Source: an uncultured Methanosarcinaceae archaeon
GTDB taxonomy: Archaea; Halobacteriota; Methanosarcinia; Methanosarcinales; Methanosarcinaceae
Length of the DNA: 64,000 nt
Direction: 5' to 3'
Assembly: GCA_963727895.1 (NCBI GenBank)
Contig: CAVSHT010000005.1
Location: 384,001-448,000 of the forward strand
Of the stretch, positions 31,024 through 42,948 are shown in pieces (the stretch's first letter is position 1; every line of letters begins with the position of its first letter). Under the pieces are notes generated by a model, which saw only the letters and a list, made by a program, of their open reading frames with translations, searched no databases and was not told the origin of the DNA. The translations under genes and the position numbers were made by a program.

Positions 31024-33076
31024 TTAATCAGATATCTCATTCTCTTCAATCCATTTTTTCATCAATGGAACTTTAAATTTATAGGCGTTTCCATCTTTAT
31101 CAAGAATTTCTCTTCTTAAAAGAGAATCAATTTCCTTTTTATTTTCTCCTGTATAGTTATTTTCAATCATTTGGTGCAGGAACTCTCTTTCGCTATCTGT
31201 ACATTCTATATTCCAGATATAATCAAAATAAGCGTTAGCAGAGGTCAATACTTTTTCTGCCGCTAAATTGACATCCTCAACAGAAGCTTCTTTACGATAC
31301 TGTGAATTCAGGTAGTTAACTAGCTCAAAACACACTGCTTGAATTAAGTAAGGCTGGCAATTTGTCAAATTTATTATTTGATTGACAGCCTCTCCGTATC
31401 GCCCACCCTCATAGTTTAAGGTGAAATCGTCAATTGGATTTGTAATCAAGGTTCTTGCATCATCTTTTGATAAATAACCGATTTTTATCATTTTACGAGT
31501 ACTTATGAGATATCCTGACCAACCGAGTTGAAGTTCTCTTAATTCGTTGCTTCCAGATATTAATATAACAAAACATTCGCGATGCTGGATAATATTTCTC
31601 AGCTGATCGAGTACAGCCGTAGTGAGCAAGCCGTTTAATATGCACTCTTCTATTTTTTCGTATTCATCAAAACAAATTAGGACTAACTTATTTTCTTTTT
31701 TGAGCAATTCCTCGGCTTTATCTAACCAGCTTCCAAAAGCTGTAAATGGGCTGTTTTGGAAAGAGCTCAGAGTTGGGTAGTCAAAAGAAAATCCTTTATC
31801 ATTTAGTGCTTCGCAAATTACCTTTGATAAATGGTAGCAAAAAGAAGATTGGCTTTCTCCATATCTTGGATCTTGAAAATCAATGTACACAGAAATGTAT
31901 TGTTTTTCTAATAATTTAGGGAGATTAATCAGAACAGAAGACTTTCCAACTCGTCTCCTTCCATATAAAAATAATGAGGGTTTTTGAGAAACATTAGATG
32001 TCAGATTTGACTTTATTAAATCAACAACATCCTTTCTGCCTACAAATAACCCTGAAGCGTCATCAACTCTCACAGGATTTCCAAAAATGTAAGGATTTGG
32101 AATTTCTTCAAAACTTCTTAAATTATTTTTTGTAATTTGCGTTTTTTCTTCTTCAACTATTTGTGACCACTTTTCTGTAAGGGAAAGAAATTTGGCTCCT
32201 ACCGATCCTTTGGTAGAAATTAAGCTTTTCTTTAAATCAAGAATATCACTTTCAAGATTATTCAAATTTTTAAGCCTATTAAAATCACTCGAAGAATTAA
32301 GATAATTCCTTGCATCGATAGACAAACCATCTACAATTCTTAAAGTTTTACTGAAATCCTTTGGTAAAAAACTTTCAGAAGGTGAAAGGAATGAAAGTTT
32401 TTCTGAAGCATCGGATATCTCTTTTATTGATTCTAACTTACTTAGATCCGTAATTGTTATCTCTAGAAGAGTATTGAAAGCTGCTTTCCTTTGTGTAGGT
32501 CGTTTAGAAGATACGAATTCAATTTCAGCTATTCCCTGATCTCTGTTTACTTCGGTTAACATTACTAAAAAATTTGTTAAAAATGGCAGAGGATAATTAA
32601 TGATTTCATCCCAATATATAGGTGATTTTTTGAACAGCCTAAAAGGCTCTTCATTAGAATATTTTGCACGGAAGTATTGAATCAAGTGTGGAAACAAATA
32701 GAATCCTCGGGAATAAAATACAAAAAAACTAATACTTTCTGCAATGACTCCATCAGTGACTCCAGCAATGCCTCCAGGCAATGTCTCCAATGACTCCAAT
32801 AATGCCTCCAGTAATGCCGAGAGCAATAAATAAAGCAATGAATAAAGCAATGAATAAAGCAATGAATAAAGCAACACTTAAAAGGTCTGTCCAGTTAAAA
32901 GGAACTTTAAAGAAATAAAAGCTTGTAAATCTAATAGTTAAAATAACAAAGAATAAAATAATAGAGGAGTAAAAAAATAATTTCAAAAATAAATTTCGTT
33001 TGCTTTTCTTGTCTAGATTATTCACGTACTCAGTGAATGTAATGGACTTAAATATACACTGATATATCTGGAACAA
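31024..33076 (-). pseudogene. TM-anchored STAND-like/AAA ATPase, frameshifted in the TM repeat region
   Basis: NPYIFGNPV..FVGR, YGRRRVGKSS, CFDEYE, TNCQPYLIQ; the N-terminal TM part (ALFI repeats) is in another frame. Confidence 0.8.
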
Positions 33077-33107
33077 GGAGGTTTTTATCTATTTCAGCAC
33101 CTAAATT

Positions 33108-34031
33108 TCACAACCTAAAAATTATTTTTAGGATTTGGAGGACAGAATCCGCTTTTTTCAAAATATCGGAACCAGCGGTCTTACTAAATAGTCTAAAATC
33201 TCGTTTTTTCTCTAATGATTTGTAATCATAATATGCAATGTCTGTTTTGATTTCTTTTTTTAATTTTTCGCGGTTCCACTTTTTGCCCCTGTTTTCAAAG
33301 ACACACTCACATGCGATTCTCAAATGGAAAGGATTACTTCCAGCAGTCTCTTTAATCAATTTGATCTCTTTTAAATTAAAATTAACATCTTTTCTTCTTG
33401 CAGACAAAAAATCAGTGATTTCGCCAGGTTTGAATTCGCGTGATTTCAACTCGTAAAATATTGAATAAAATGTTGAGTTAAGTTTACTTTTGGTACATAA
33501 TTCTCTTAATGAGTGAAAAGATGCAGTAACGTAGGGTATGTAACCTTGATATCCAAGGGTTCTTAAGGTTTCCAGAAATTCTTCATTAAATTCATCAGAC
33601 TTTCTAATTATATAATCAAATTCATCAATTAAAAGAACAGGCTTGCATTTTGTTCTTAATGCTTTAATAGATTAGGAGAACTCAATCAAATTCTTATTAT
33701 AGTTGTTTTTTTCTTGAATTACACCAGGATCACATTCAAATTTTAACAAAACATTCTTTAAAAAATCATAAGATGTATAATAGCTTGAATCTCTTAAATC
33801 AATATATGCACTTTTATATTCGGTTCCTAATTCTTCAGGAATATTATAGAGCACATTATAGAGTAAAGAAGATTTCCCAATTTTGTTATCTCCATAAATG
33901 GAAGTACTTTGCAGTCCTTGAAGCCTTGTAAAAATTGTCCTGAGCTCGTCCTTTCTACCAAAAAACTCATCTGGATTCTTTATAACATTGATATCGGTGA
34001 AAGGATTATATCTTGCAAGGTCTGACATCAA
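33108..34031 (-). pseudogene. Stand-alone STAND-like ATPase with one in-frame TAA at 33672-33674
   Basis: NPF..FFGR, YGDNKIGKSS, then past the stop LLIDEFD and GSNPFHL in the same frame. Confidence 0.85.
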
Positions 34032-34149
34032 AAAATTATAATTGAGTTATTATTATTAAGCATTTTGAAAAAAATCAATTCTTTTTTCTAACACTTTTTT
34101 TATGTTTAAAAATTCACAGAAAGGGTCAAATCTATATGATTTACTAATT

Positions 34150-35970
34150 TTAAGTTTTTCTTACCTGTGCATCCTCTTCGCTCAAACCTGTCCATATAAC
34201 CTTATACCCCAGATTATCGAGCACTGGATAGTAAAGGCTGCGATCAAGCCCGAAACTTTCAAAGACTTTTACTGCATCGGCATACGTTTTTACTGCACCC
34301 GGTATTTCAAGTTCTCGATCGATTTTTTCAAGCAACTGCCTGTGAATTAAGTAGCTTTCAAGAAGAACATAATCTTGATATTTCTGTAACTCTCCAGCTT
34401 TTTGTAACTCTTCAGTTTCTTCTAACTCTCCGGCTTGTTCCAGTCCTCTTGCTTTTGAAAGTCTATCTGCAACCACTTCTTTTAAGGCATCTGGCAGAAT
34501 TCCTTTATCGGCTGCGAGTTTCTCAAGGCTTACAAGTTCTCCTGATATTGGAAAGTCCATTTCCTCCAGTTTTGACAGGTCTTCTGAAATCTTTTTTTGC
34601 TCGTACTTTCTGAGTATCTTCATGACTTCGTTTGCCGGAATTTTTTTGTCAAAGAAAATTACTTCCTGAGACGGAAAATCTTTTTCAGAGCATTTGAGTT
34701 TTCTATCAATCAGGAGGATTACAGGTTCCTTTACCTGCTTGAGTTTTTCAACCTTCTTTTCAAGGTATTCCGGAGTCCAGAAACCTATAATTTCCAGATA
34801 TACCTTTATCCCTTCCCTCTGTAAAGAGAAATCCGGAACAAAAGCGAATTTTCTGGCTTTAAGAATTGTTGGCTCCCTTTTTACCTTCCAGCTTCCCAAA
34901 CTGAGGCTGCCAAACATCTGTTCAAGTGAGCTGTCATAAGCTGCTTCTTCAGCATCTATTTCCTCAATTCCGATTTCTTTCCCAATTTCTTTTCTAGCTT
35001 CTTTTCCGGTTTCATATTCTTCCTTTTCTTCTTCAATTCGAAGCTCTGACGAAACGACCTCCGAGTACATCATTGTTTCAGGCATAAGTTTGAAAGCTTT
35101 TGCCGAGTCATCAAGGGTAAACTCCAAAATACGCTTTCCCTGGTAACTTTTGTGAAGAATACCTGCTTTAAGCTTCCATCCTTTCGATCTCAGCAGGGCA
35201 GGAAATATTTTTGCAAAAGAATTCCCATAGCGTTCCGAAATCCGAAACAGAGATGCAGGACCGTCCAGATGAAGGTGAACGGCTTCAAACTCTGTAGAGT
35301 TTTCTATGAGTTTTTCTTTTTCTCTATTGATTTTTCTATTATCGATTTTGATATTTCTATCATCGACTTTGACTTTTTCCTCTTCAGAATCTTCAAGAGA
35401 ATACATCAGCCCCAAACGAAGGATTTTCCAGAGTATTTTTTGAAAATCACCTTTTATCCAGATATCAAGATCAATTGCGCGGAAAAGCAAGGTCTGAGTA
35501 AGGGAAATATTATACTGTTTTAGGAGTTCTGCTGGAGAAAGAGGTATGAAACTTTTGACTATTTGATTCTCCTCAAGATCAGCCCAGAGAGCCTTATCAA
35601 GTTCTTTTTCTGAAATTGAAAGCTTCTTTGCAGCTTTCTGCAGAGCCTCTTTTCTCTCGGCAGGAGAAAGAGCCATGCCTCCGCAGGTTTCAAAAACTGT
35701 TTCTCTGGCAAGAGAAGGATCAACGGCTGCATCGGTTTCTATAACTGTACGCCTTTCAAGTAACTGGGAAAGCCCTCTGATAAAGCGGTAATTCATTTCC
35801 TCGTAGCCCTCAAGCTCAGCCATAAGCTCTCCATAGGTTTTTCCGATATGCTGCTCGAAAGTCTCTATCAAGAGCCTTGCAAGTTCCAGGTTTTCGGAAT
35901 TAAAAGCTGCATATACAGGTTTTATTTTCTCCCTGAAAATATGAGTTACAAGAAGTTCAGATGTGAGCAG
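34150..35970 (-). CDS. bax1: DUF790/Bax1-like nuclease, probable CTG start overlapping the XPB end
   Basis: LWADL, YN..L.QTLL, DGP.SLF..ERYG, PDF, EIIGFWTPEYL; frame extends to (M)LTSELL. Confidence 0.85.
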   Translation of the reverse strand: MLTSELLVTHIFREKIKPVYAAFNSENLELARLLIETFEQHIGKTYGELMAELEGYEEMNYRFIRGLSQLLERRTVIETDAAVDPSLARETVFETCGGMALSPAERKEALQKAAKKLSISEKELDKALWADLEENQIVKSFIPLSPAELLKQYNISLTQTLLFRAIDLDIWIKGDFQKILWKILRLGLMYSLEDSEEEKVKVDDRNIKIDNRKINREKEKLIENSTEFEAVHLHLDGPASLFRISERYGNSFAKIFPALLRSKGWKLKAGILHKSYQGKRILEFTLDDSAKAFKLMPETMMYSEVVSSELRIEEEKEEYETGKEARKEIGKEIGIEEIDAEEAAYDSSLEQMFGSLSLGSWKVKREPTILKARKFAFVPDFSLQREGIKVYLEIIGFWTPEYLEKKVEKLKQVKEPVILLIDRKLKCSEKDFPSQEVIFFDKKIPANEVMKILRKYEQKKISEDLSKLEEMDFPISGELVSLEKLAADKGILPDALKEVVADRLSKARGLEQAGELEETEELQKAGELQKYQDYVLLESYLIHRQLLEKIDRELEIPGAVKTYADAVKVFESFGLDRSLYYPVLDNLGYKVIWTGLSEEDAQVRKT

Positions 35971-37402
35971 GAGATTCGCCTCCTGAGTTTTTTTCGTTTT
36001 TAATTTGTTTTTCTCTGCCTGTTTTTTCAGTTTCTTTCCGGACTGAAACAGCTTCCTTTCTTCTCCTGGCAGTTCCTGCTTCGGTAGTTTCTTCGGTTAT
36101 GATCTCATAGAGTATGGCTTCTTTTCCTTCTTTTTTCCTGAGAATCCTTCCAAGGCGCTGAATATATGCTAACTTGCTCCCTGTACCGCTTGCTATAATT
36201 CCTATATTTGCTTCTGGAACGTCAATGCCTTCATCAAGCACTTTTGAAGTAACTACAGCTCTGTATTTTCCGTTTTTGAACTTTTCAAGGATGGAGGTCC
36301 TTTCTTTTGCAGGCGTCCTGTAAGTAATTGAAGGAATAAGAAACTCTCTGGATATCCTGTGGACAAGCCGATTATGTTCCGTAAAAATGAAAATCCGGTC
36401 TTCCCGGTGTTTATTAAGGATTTCTTTCAGTTTTTCAAGTTTTGATTCGGTGTTGAAAGCAAGTTCTCTTGCTGCGTTTCTTGCAAGAAGGGCTTTTCTG
36501 GCTTCAGGATCTCTCCCGCTTTTCATGACCAGTTTCTGAAAATCTCTCGGTCCCCGGAGAACCATTCCGATTTTTAGAAGATAATCTGTATAAACCGAAT
36601 AATACTTGTCGTATTCCTCTCGTTCTTCATCTGTAAGTGAGGCTGCTATTCGCTTGATCCTGTAAGGTGCAAGGTGGCTGCCTGCAAGCTCTGAGACGTG
36701 CTTTTCGTATACTTTTCCCCCTACAAGCCTGTTAAGCTCCGAATGTAGCTCATCTTCCCTTTCATAAGTAGCTGTTAACCCAAGTCTGTAAGGAGCTGCG
36801 GAAAACTCGGCAATGCTTCTGTATCCCGTTGCAGGCAAGTGATGTACTTCATCAAAAATAAGAAGACCGAATCTGTTTCCAAGAGTTTCGGCATGAATAT
36901 AAGCAGAATCGTATGTGGAAACAGTTATTGAAATAATTTTTTTCTCCCCGCCCCCAAGCTTTCCTATTTCCATTAAAAAAGCTTCTTCAAGCTGTTTTTT
37001 CCATTGTTCGAGCAGGTCAAGAGTAGGGACAACTACAAGAGCAGGAGTATTGCAACCTGCAATTGCCCGAATCCCAACAAGAGTTTTCCCACTTCCTGTT
37101 GGAAGGACAAGCACTCCCCATCTATTATTTTCTCCCCAGGTAACAAGAGCCTCGGCTTGATAGTCTCTTAACTTAAGTTTTTTTCCAGAAGCTTCATACG
37201 CTACTGCTAAATCTGGACACGGAAGGAGGTCAAGCACTTCATCTTTAAAAGAGATCTTAGAATTTTTCAGATAGCTGATTATATCTCTATAATAAAGAGC
37301 AAGAGCTCTGAAGTTTCCGCTTCTCTCATCCCAGACTGCATTGGGAACTCTCACATTTCCTTCTAAAATAAGTGTTCCCTGCTTGAAGCTAATTTTGATC
37401 AT
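35957..37402 (-). CDS. xpb: XPB/Rad25-like DNA repair helicase
   Basis: LRDYQ, PTGSGKT, DEVHHL, TAT, QRLGRILR; coupled to DUF790. Confidence 0.9.
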   Translation of the reverse strand: MIKISFKQGTLILEGNVRVPNAVWDERSGNFRALALYYRDIISYLKNSKISFKDEVLDLLPCPDLAVAYEASGKKLKLRDYQAEALVTWGENNRWGVLVLPTGSGKTLVGIRAIAGCNTPALVVVPTLDLLEQWKKQLEEAFLMEIGKLGGGEKKIISITVSTYDSAYIHAETLGNRFGLLIFDEVHHLPATGYRSIAEFSAAPYRLGLTATYEREDELHSELNRLVGGKVYEKHVSELAGSHLAPYRIKRIAASLTDEEREEYDKYYSVYTDYLLKIGMVLRGPRDFQKLVMKSGRDPEARKALLARNAARELAFNTESKLEKLKEILNKHREDRIFIFTEHNRLVHRISREFLIPSITYRTPAKERTSILEKFKNGKYRAVVTSKVLDEGIDVPEANIGIIASGTGSKLAYIQRLGRILRKKEGKEAILYEIITEETTEAGTARRRKEAVSVRKETEKTGREKQIKNEKNSGGESPAHI

Positions 37403-37517
37403 TGTTTATTAGAAGTCTGGACATTATATATAATTATTAAGTTATCCGAAATATCTCTGTTTAAGTTACTGTTATTCTATTATATTTATTTGTGACCTTG
37501 CACATTTAATGTTTGGA

Positions 37518-37611
37518 CCAAAAATAAGCTTAAATTGATCCGAAAATAATCTTAAATTGATTTAATACAAACACAGATAAGAAATTGATTTAATGCAAAC
37601 ACTGATAAGAA
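37518..37611. repeat. Two adjacent imperfect tandem duplications (~22 bp x2, ~30 bp x2) in a divergent promoter region
   Basis: CCRAAAATAAKCTTAAATTGAT x2; AAATTGATTT(T)AATRCAAACACWGATAAG x2. Confidence 0.7.
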
Positions 37612-37630
37612 GTAGAAAGGGGGTTTTAAT

Positions 37631-38317
37631 GTGGATTCGGAAAAGAAATCTTCAGGTAATGGTCATTCAGATGAAGATTCTAGCCTAAGAACATCAGCGG
37701 ATAAAAAGCCTGTAGAAAACCTTTACTCTGAGCCTTTATCTCTGGAAGACCTTTTTCATATTTATGGAATTGAACGCAGCCATGCCAATAATGTAGCCAG
37801 GAACGCTCTTGAGCTCTTTGACACTCTTAACTCTATACACGGCCTAGACACTGAAATGAGAAAACTTGTGGAGATAGCTGCGCTTGTTCATGATGCAGGA
37901 GTTGCAACAGATTTTGAGAACCATCATAAAGCAGGAAGGAACATTTTGCTCCTTCACCCACCTTTAGAAATTCCTGAAAAGTTTAGACCTGTTGTTGCAT
38001 GGACTTCTTTCCTGCATAAAAAAAGTGTAGGAAAAGAGAAAATTGAAAAGCTTAAAGGAAAAGACTTTGGAAAAATGCCAGAGGAACTTCAGGATCTTAC
38101 TCTGAAAGTGGCTGCCCTTATTCGGCTTGCAGATGCTCTTGATTACAGCAGGATGGAAAGCAGGCTTGGAAAGACCATATTCAAAAAGAAGTTCGTTATC
38201 TTTTATATTGAAGGACAAGGGGCAGCAATAGATGCAGAAAGAATGGATAAAAAAAGTGATCTCTGGCATCTACTTTATGATACGAAACTGGAGTTTAAGC
38301 CTGAATCCGTAGAATGA
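37631..38317 (+). CDS. HD-domain protein (Ppx/GppA C-terminal-like)
   Basis: HANNVA..LFD, ALVHDAG, HHKAG, IRLADALD. Confidence 0.85.
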   Translation: MDSEKKSSGNGHSDEDSSLRTSADKKPVENLYSEPLSLEDLFHIYGIERSHANNVARNALELFDTLNSIHGLDTEMRKLVEIAALVHDAGVATDFENHHKAGRNILLLHPPLEIPEKFRPVVAWTSFLHKKSVGKEKIEKLKGKDFGKMPEELQDLTLKVAALIRLADALDYSRMESRLGKTIFKKKFVIFYIEGQGAAIDAERMDKKSDLWHLLYDTKLEFKPESVE

Positions 38318-38384
38318 AAGTTGTTTATGGAAAATCTGATTATGGAAAAGTTGTATATTTCATTGATCTATAAGGTATAATTCT

Positions 38385-39101
38385 ATGGGTCACCTTATAC
38401 TTGTCAGGCATGGAGAACCTGGCTTAAAGCCTGAAGACAGGCTTGCCGGCTGGATGGACATTCCCCTCAGCAGAAAAGGAATAGAAGAAGCTCTTGAGTG
38501 TTCAGTAGAACTCGAAAAGTTTGAACTTGATCTTGCTTTTGCCTCAAACCTTGTTAGGACTCAGGAAACTCTTTTTATAATATTGTCAGGGCAGAAGAAG
38601 AAAGGGATCATTGTCCATGAAACAGGTAACGTAGAAGATTCAGAGAAAATAAATTGGTACTCTTCATATCCTGAAAAGCTAGGCAAAAATCTCATTCCAA
38701 TTTATCTCACACCTCTTTTAAACGAGCGCTACTATGGAAAGCTTCAGGGCAGGAAAAAACAGAAAATGGAAGAAAAATACGGAGCAGAAAACCTTTCTAC
38801 CTGGAGATGGAACTTTGAGCCAGGTCCACCTGAAGGAGAAAGCCTCAAAACCGTGTATGAACGTGCAGTGCCTTATTTTGATGAAAAGATTCTGCCTGCA
38901 GTAAAAGAGGGTAAAAATGTGCTGATCTGTGCTCACCAGGGAAGCCTAAGAGCCCTTGTCAAACACATAGAACAAATATCTGGTGAAGATATAAGGAAAA
39001 TCAGGTTTTCTACAGGCGAATTTGCGAGATATAAGTATTCTGAAGGTAAATTAATTAGAGAAAGCGCTGAGATGAGCTTAGAGAATAAAAGGAACCTTTA
39101 A
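38385..39101 (+). CDS. gpmA: 2,3-BPG-dependent phosphoglycerate mutase family protein
   Basis: LVRHGE, LNERYYGKLQG, GESL, AHQGSLRAL. Confidence 0.85.
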   Translation: MGHLILVRHGEPGLKPEDRLAGWMDIPLSRKGIEEALECSVELEKFELDLAFASNLVRTQETLFIILSGQKKKGIIVHETGNVEDSEKINWYSSYPEKLGKNLIPIYLTPLLNERYYGKLQGRKKQKMEEKYGAENLSTWRWNFEPGPPEGESLKTVYERAVPYFDEKILPAVKEGKNVLICAHQGSLRALVKHIEQISGEDIRKIRFSTGEFARYKYSEGKLIRESAEMSLENKRNL

Positions 39102-39249
39102 TTTTCCAGATTCATTTTTCAATCCCTTTTAATCTCTTTTCTGATTACTTTTTTAATATCATTTTAATGCCTTTTCAGATCCCTTTTCTAGAAGCTTCAC
39201 ATAAATTTATGAGAAAAGACTCTACAAAGGGAATAGACACTACAAAAAT

Positions 39250-39717
39250 TTATATCTCCAGCACCTTAACTGCTATGTCGGAACTGATAATATAATCAAA
39301 GTCTATGATCTCATCCCATTTCTGATTCATGAATGCATACTGGAAACAGACTCCTATTATTTTTCCTTTTTGAGAACTTTCTAGAACTTTCTTTGAGACT
39401 TCTTTTGCTTTTTCAGGACTTACTCCTATCTTCGGCATTGCAAGCCCACCAAGAAGAACAATAACATCAGCGTGTGTATCTGTAGGTTCTCCAAGATGCA
39501 TACCTTCATTATCCATGAAGATAGACCTAGCTTTTTCAAAGTCCTGGCTGGAAATAAAAGCAAGTTCTTTATCCCTAACTGCAAAGCCTATAAGTTCAGC
39601 AAAAGGGGTGCAGAAACCTGGTGTTCCCACAAAAGTAATCTTTTCTGCATCTTCGACAAGGCCCTTAAAACTATTCAGGATGCCTCCGACTCCCTGTGAG
39701 GTGTTTATTACTTCCAC
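39250..39717 (-). CDS. DUF2124-like conserved methanogen protein
   Basis: GTPGFCTPFAEL, LGGLAMP, GVCFQ. Confidence 0.8.
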   Translation of the reverse strand: MEVINTSQGVGGILNSFKGLVEDAEKITFVGTPGFCTPFAELIGFAVRDKELAFISSQDFEKARSIFMDNEGMHLGEPTDTHADVIVLLGGLAMPKIGVSPEKAKEVSKKVLESSQKGKIIGVCFQYAFMNQKWDEIIDFDYIISSDIAVKVLEI

Positions 39718-39963
39718 AAAATGCTCTCCTTAAATGTTAACAAAATCTAATTTTTAGAAATTTTCAATTTAACTTTAATTTCAGTAACTTCAATTTCAGT
39801 AAAATTGGAGACATTCACTTAAATAAGTGATGTTAACAGTGTTTATAAAGACCCAGAGAGAAAATAAAAATATTTGATAGGAACGTAAATGGAAAAGTAG
39901 AACACAGAAAAAGGCAAAAAGAATAAAAATTTATGAAAAAATTGAAAGAGCAAAGAATGCCCT

Positions 39964-40929
39964 TTATACCTCTCTGATCCCGAAAGACTGGAGTAGGATT
40001 TCCGGATAGATTCCACCACTGGAAATTGTTTTTGTACTCTTAAGGTCATTTACCGTTAGTCTGGCGGGGGCAAACATACCTGCATCAACTTTAAAGAAGT
40101 CAAAGTTTGCTTCTTTAAAGGTCTGGTAGAATGGCTTTCCAAAGTCTTTGGAGGTTGTGGACGGTACTTTCTTCACGAATTCCTCAAGCTCAGCCAGTTC
40201 TCCATCAAAGCTAACCGTATAATTGGTTTCGCCGCAGTAGATTACACAATCATTGGTTGAACCCATGCACTGCACATCGTTTCCTACAACAGGAGCAATC
40301 GGAGCAACACCATACCCGCTTTTAATGCAGTTGATGTTAAAACCAACAGATTCAAGCTTGTGGATTCCGGTTTCTACAACACGAGCCGAAATCTGGACAG
40401 AACCGGCAATAGAAGCAGTAGGAGCAACAGCAATGATTACATTTTCAGGGTCTACACTGCAGTGTTTTGCGATATATTCCGCAACTTTTTCATCAGGTAG
40501 TTTATCGGACTCCATGACAAGAACCGCAGCTTCAAAGTTATCTTCATATCCTATTTTTTCATAAAGTTCTTTCGGTTTTAAGCCAAGAGCACGTGCAGGT
40601 CCGGACCCCATACCAAAGTAATTGCCTACAGAGATTCTCCAGCCTGCATACTGTGAAGCCATACATGCAATTACAGGATTATCTGTTGCTACCTGAATGG
40701 CAGGCCATTTAAGACCTTTCAGATCAAAAGTAGTGTATTTGAGGTCAGCAAGGTCGGCCAGACAAAGCCGTGCCAGGTACATTCCAGCTTCATATCCGCC
40801 TTCTACTTTAACTCCACAGTCAATAACCGTAGCGCCGTTTTCGAGCTTAAGCACTTCAGTTTTCAGGTCTTCACTCCAGTCGAGCATCTCTTCGATGACG
40901 TTTGATCCCATTTCGTTGACACTTATCAA
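39964..40929 (-). CDS. mch: Methenyltetrahydromethanopterin cyclohydrolase
   Basis: [43 protein letters not shown]. Confidence 0.97.
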   Translation of the reverse strand: MISVNEMGSNVIEEMLDWSEDLKTEVLKLENGATVIDCGVKVEGGYEAGMYLARLCLADLADLKYTTFDLKGLKWPAIQVATDNPVIACMASQYAGWRISVGNYFGMGSGPARALGLKPKELYEKIGYEDNFEAAVLVMESDKLPDEKVAEYIAKHCSVDPENVIIAVAPTASIAGSVQISARVVETGIHKLESVGFNINCIKSGYGVAPIAPVVGNDVQCMGSTNDCVIYCGETNYTVSFDGELAELEEFVKKVPSTTSKDFGKPFYQTFKEANFDFFKVDAGMFAPARLTVNDLKSTKTISSGGIYPEILLQSFGIREV

Positions 40930-41322
40930 AATATCACCTTTACTACTGCTCCGAGATAAACAGGAATATTATCCTTACATGATCAGGAAGTCATTTATTT
41001 TTCTGCCCTTATTGTGCAGAAAAACTGTTTATCGATCAGAGAATTGATTATAAAGAAAATTACGTGTAAAAAGAATAATCTCAATCAAGAGTTACTTATC
41101 AATTAGAGAATCGGTAATTAATCGAAACTAGTTTAACCCAATTTGAAGTCTAAGTCCTTTTGCCAGAGTTAACAAACAATGTTATTATCTTAAGGGTATT
41201 CAGCCGATTAATGACATTACCGGAGTAAGATAAAGTAATTCTTTTATGGAGTTTCTTCTTTTTTATAATTTGTTATCCGTATATGAAGAATCTAATATAT
41301 AAATACTGTTATAATATTTTAT

Positions 41323-42516
41323 TTATATGATAAAAAGTCGATCGTTTTTTCGAACTTTACTGTTAACAGCAAGGCCAATTGTATCTCCTTTTTCAGCTTT
41401 TTCAAGAAATTCCTCTTTTTTCATCAGAGAACTGACTTTTTGTCTCAAATAAGTAGTACTTCCTTCAATTATAATCTCGTCTCCAATTGCAAGCCCTTCT
41501 TCAAGAAGCTTAATGGTTGCAGCCTGTTGCTTTGGATAATAATTTTCAACGATTCCTACAGCCCTGCGATGCTTTTCCGATATATTCATATCTTTTTCAG
41601 GAGAAAAACTTTCAAGGCCCGGGACCCCAAAGTAAAAACCAGTTGAAAAACCTCTGTTATAAACCGAAGAAAGTTCACGTTTCCAAGCTTCTATTTTTTC
41701 AGCAGTATAATTTCCTTCTATACAGGCGTCGATCGCTTCCCTGTAGCAGCGGGAAACCGTTTCAAGGTATACAGTACCCCTCAGTCGCCCTTCGACTTTA
41801 AAGGCATTTATGCCAGCTTCAAAAAGTTTGGGGATATGTTCTATCATACAGAGGTCTTTTGCACTTAGAAGGTACTTTCCAAGGCTAGCTGCAATAAGTC
41901 CATTTTCCCCGTGAAGCTCCCATTCCCAGCGGCAAGGTTGGGCGCATTCTCCACAGTTTCCAGATTTTCCCAGAACATAAGCAGAAAGATGACATCGACC
42001 TGAAACTGCCATACACATTGCACCGTGAACGAAGGTTTCAATTTCTATCTCAGTTTGCTGATTTATTCTTTTTATTTCTTCAAGGGAAAGCTCTCTCGAA
42101 AGCACAATTCTTTCCGCCCCAAGACCTCGATAGAAATTTGCAGTTTCATGATTGGTAACATTTGCCTGCGTAGATATATGAACTCGAAGCCCGGCTCTTC
42201 GAGATCTGATAATTACAGCCGGGTCCCAAGCTATAACTGCATCTACTTTTGCATTCGCAGCTGCAGTAATTACATCTGGCACGTCTCCTAGATTTTCTTC
42301 ATTTACTGCTGAATTTATAGCAAGATAAGCTCTAAGTCCTCTGGCTTTTACTTCAGAGACAAAATCACCAAGATTCTCCAGAGTAATTTCTTTTGCCTTT
42401 GCTCTAAGACTGAGTTGATCTGTTGAAAAATAGACAGCATCAGCATATTTTGAGCAAGCCTCAAGCCCTGAAAGGTTCTTTATTCCCAGAATGAGTTCAG
42501 GTTTTGAATTACGCAT
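41323..42516 (-). CDS. Peptidase U32-family protein (TrhP-like RNA hydroxylase)
   Basis: HISTQAN, HGAMCMAVSGRC, GECAQPCRW, KVEGR. Confidence 0.9.
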   Translation of the reverse strand: MRNSKPELILGIKNLSGLEACSKYADAVYFSTDQLSLRAKAKEITLENLGDFVSEVKARGLRAYLAINSAVNEENLGDVPDVITAAANAKVDAVIAWDPAVIIRSRRAGLRVHISTQANVTNHETANFYRGLGAERIVLSRELSLEEIKRINQQTEIEIETFVHGAMCMAVSGRCHLSAYVLGKSGNCGECAQPCRWEWELHGENGLIAASLGKYLLSAKDLCMIEHIPKLFEAGINAFKVEGRLRGTVYLETVSRCYREAIDACIEGNYTAEKIEAWKRELSSVYNRGFSTGFYFGVPGLESFSPEKDMNISEKHRRAVGIVENYYPKQQAATIKLLEEGLAIGDEIIIEGSTTYLRQKVSSLMKKEEFLEKAEKGDTIGLAVNSKVRKNDRLFII

Positions 42517-42688
42517 GAAAACAGAAAATACTATATTTCATTTAAAAATATCTTATCTCCCCTTCACAATGAAATAAATAATGCAATGAAATGTTAACTT
42601 TTAGCTATTTGTATGATGATTCAATGGTTAACAGATACCTTTATATAAATGAAGAGTCATTTTTAAAATGGGGATTAAAGTAAAAGCT

Positions 42689-42776
42689 TTTGTTAGCTTT
42701 TGTTGATAAACAAATACAAGAATTACTTACTGTTTGTTAGCTTTTGTTGATAAACAAATACAAGAATTACTTACTG
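42689..42776. repeat. Exact 44-bp tandem duplication
   Basis: TTTGTTAGCTTTTGTTGATAAACAAATACAAGAATTACTTACTG x2. Confidence 0.92.
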
Positions 42777-42948
42777 TTGCTATAATCATCAAATATGGGG
42801 GGATAAAATGGAATACGAACTCGAAGAGGTCGAGAAAGATTTTATAGAGTTTAGAAAAGAAATGGGAGAATATTAACTTTAAGAAGAAAACTAACTCTAG
42901 AAAACTAACTCTATATGAAAAATATAACTGCTGGAATGTGGTGAGAAA

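Noticed and set aside
13673..42291. Many 60-180 aa ORFs overlapping thrS, the helicases, U32 genes, MATE and mch
   Set aside because: Antisense or out-of-frame shadows of well-supported genes.
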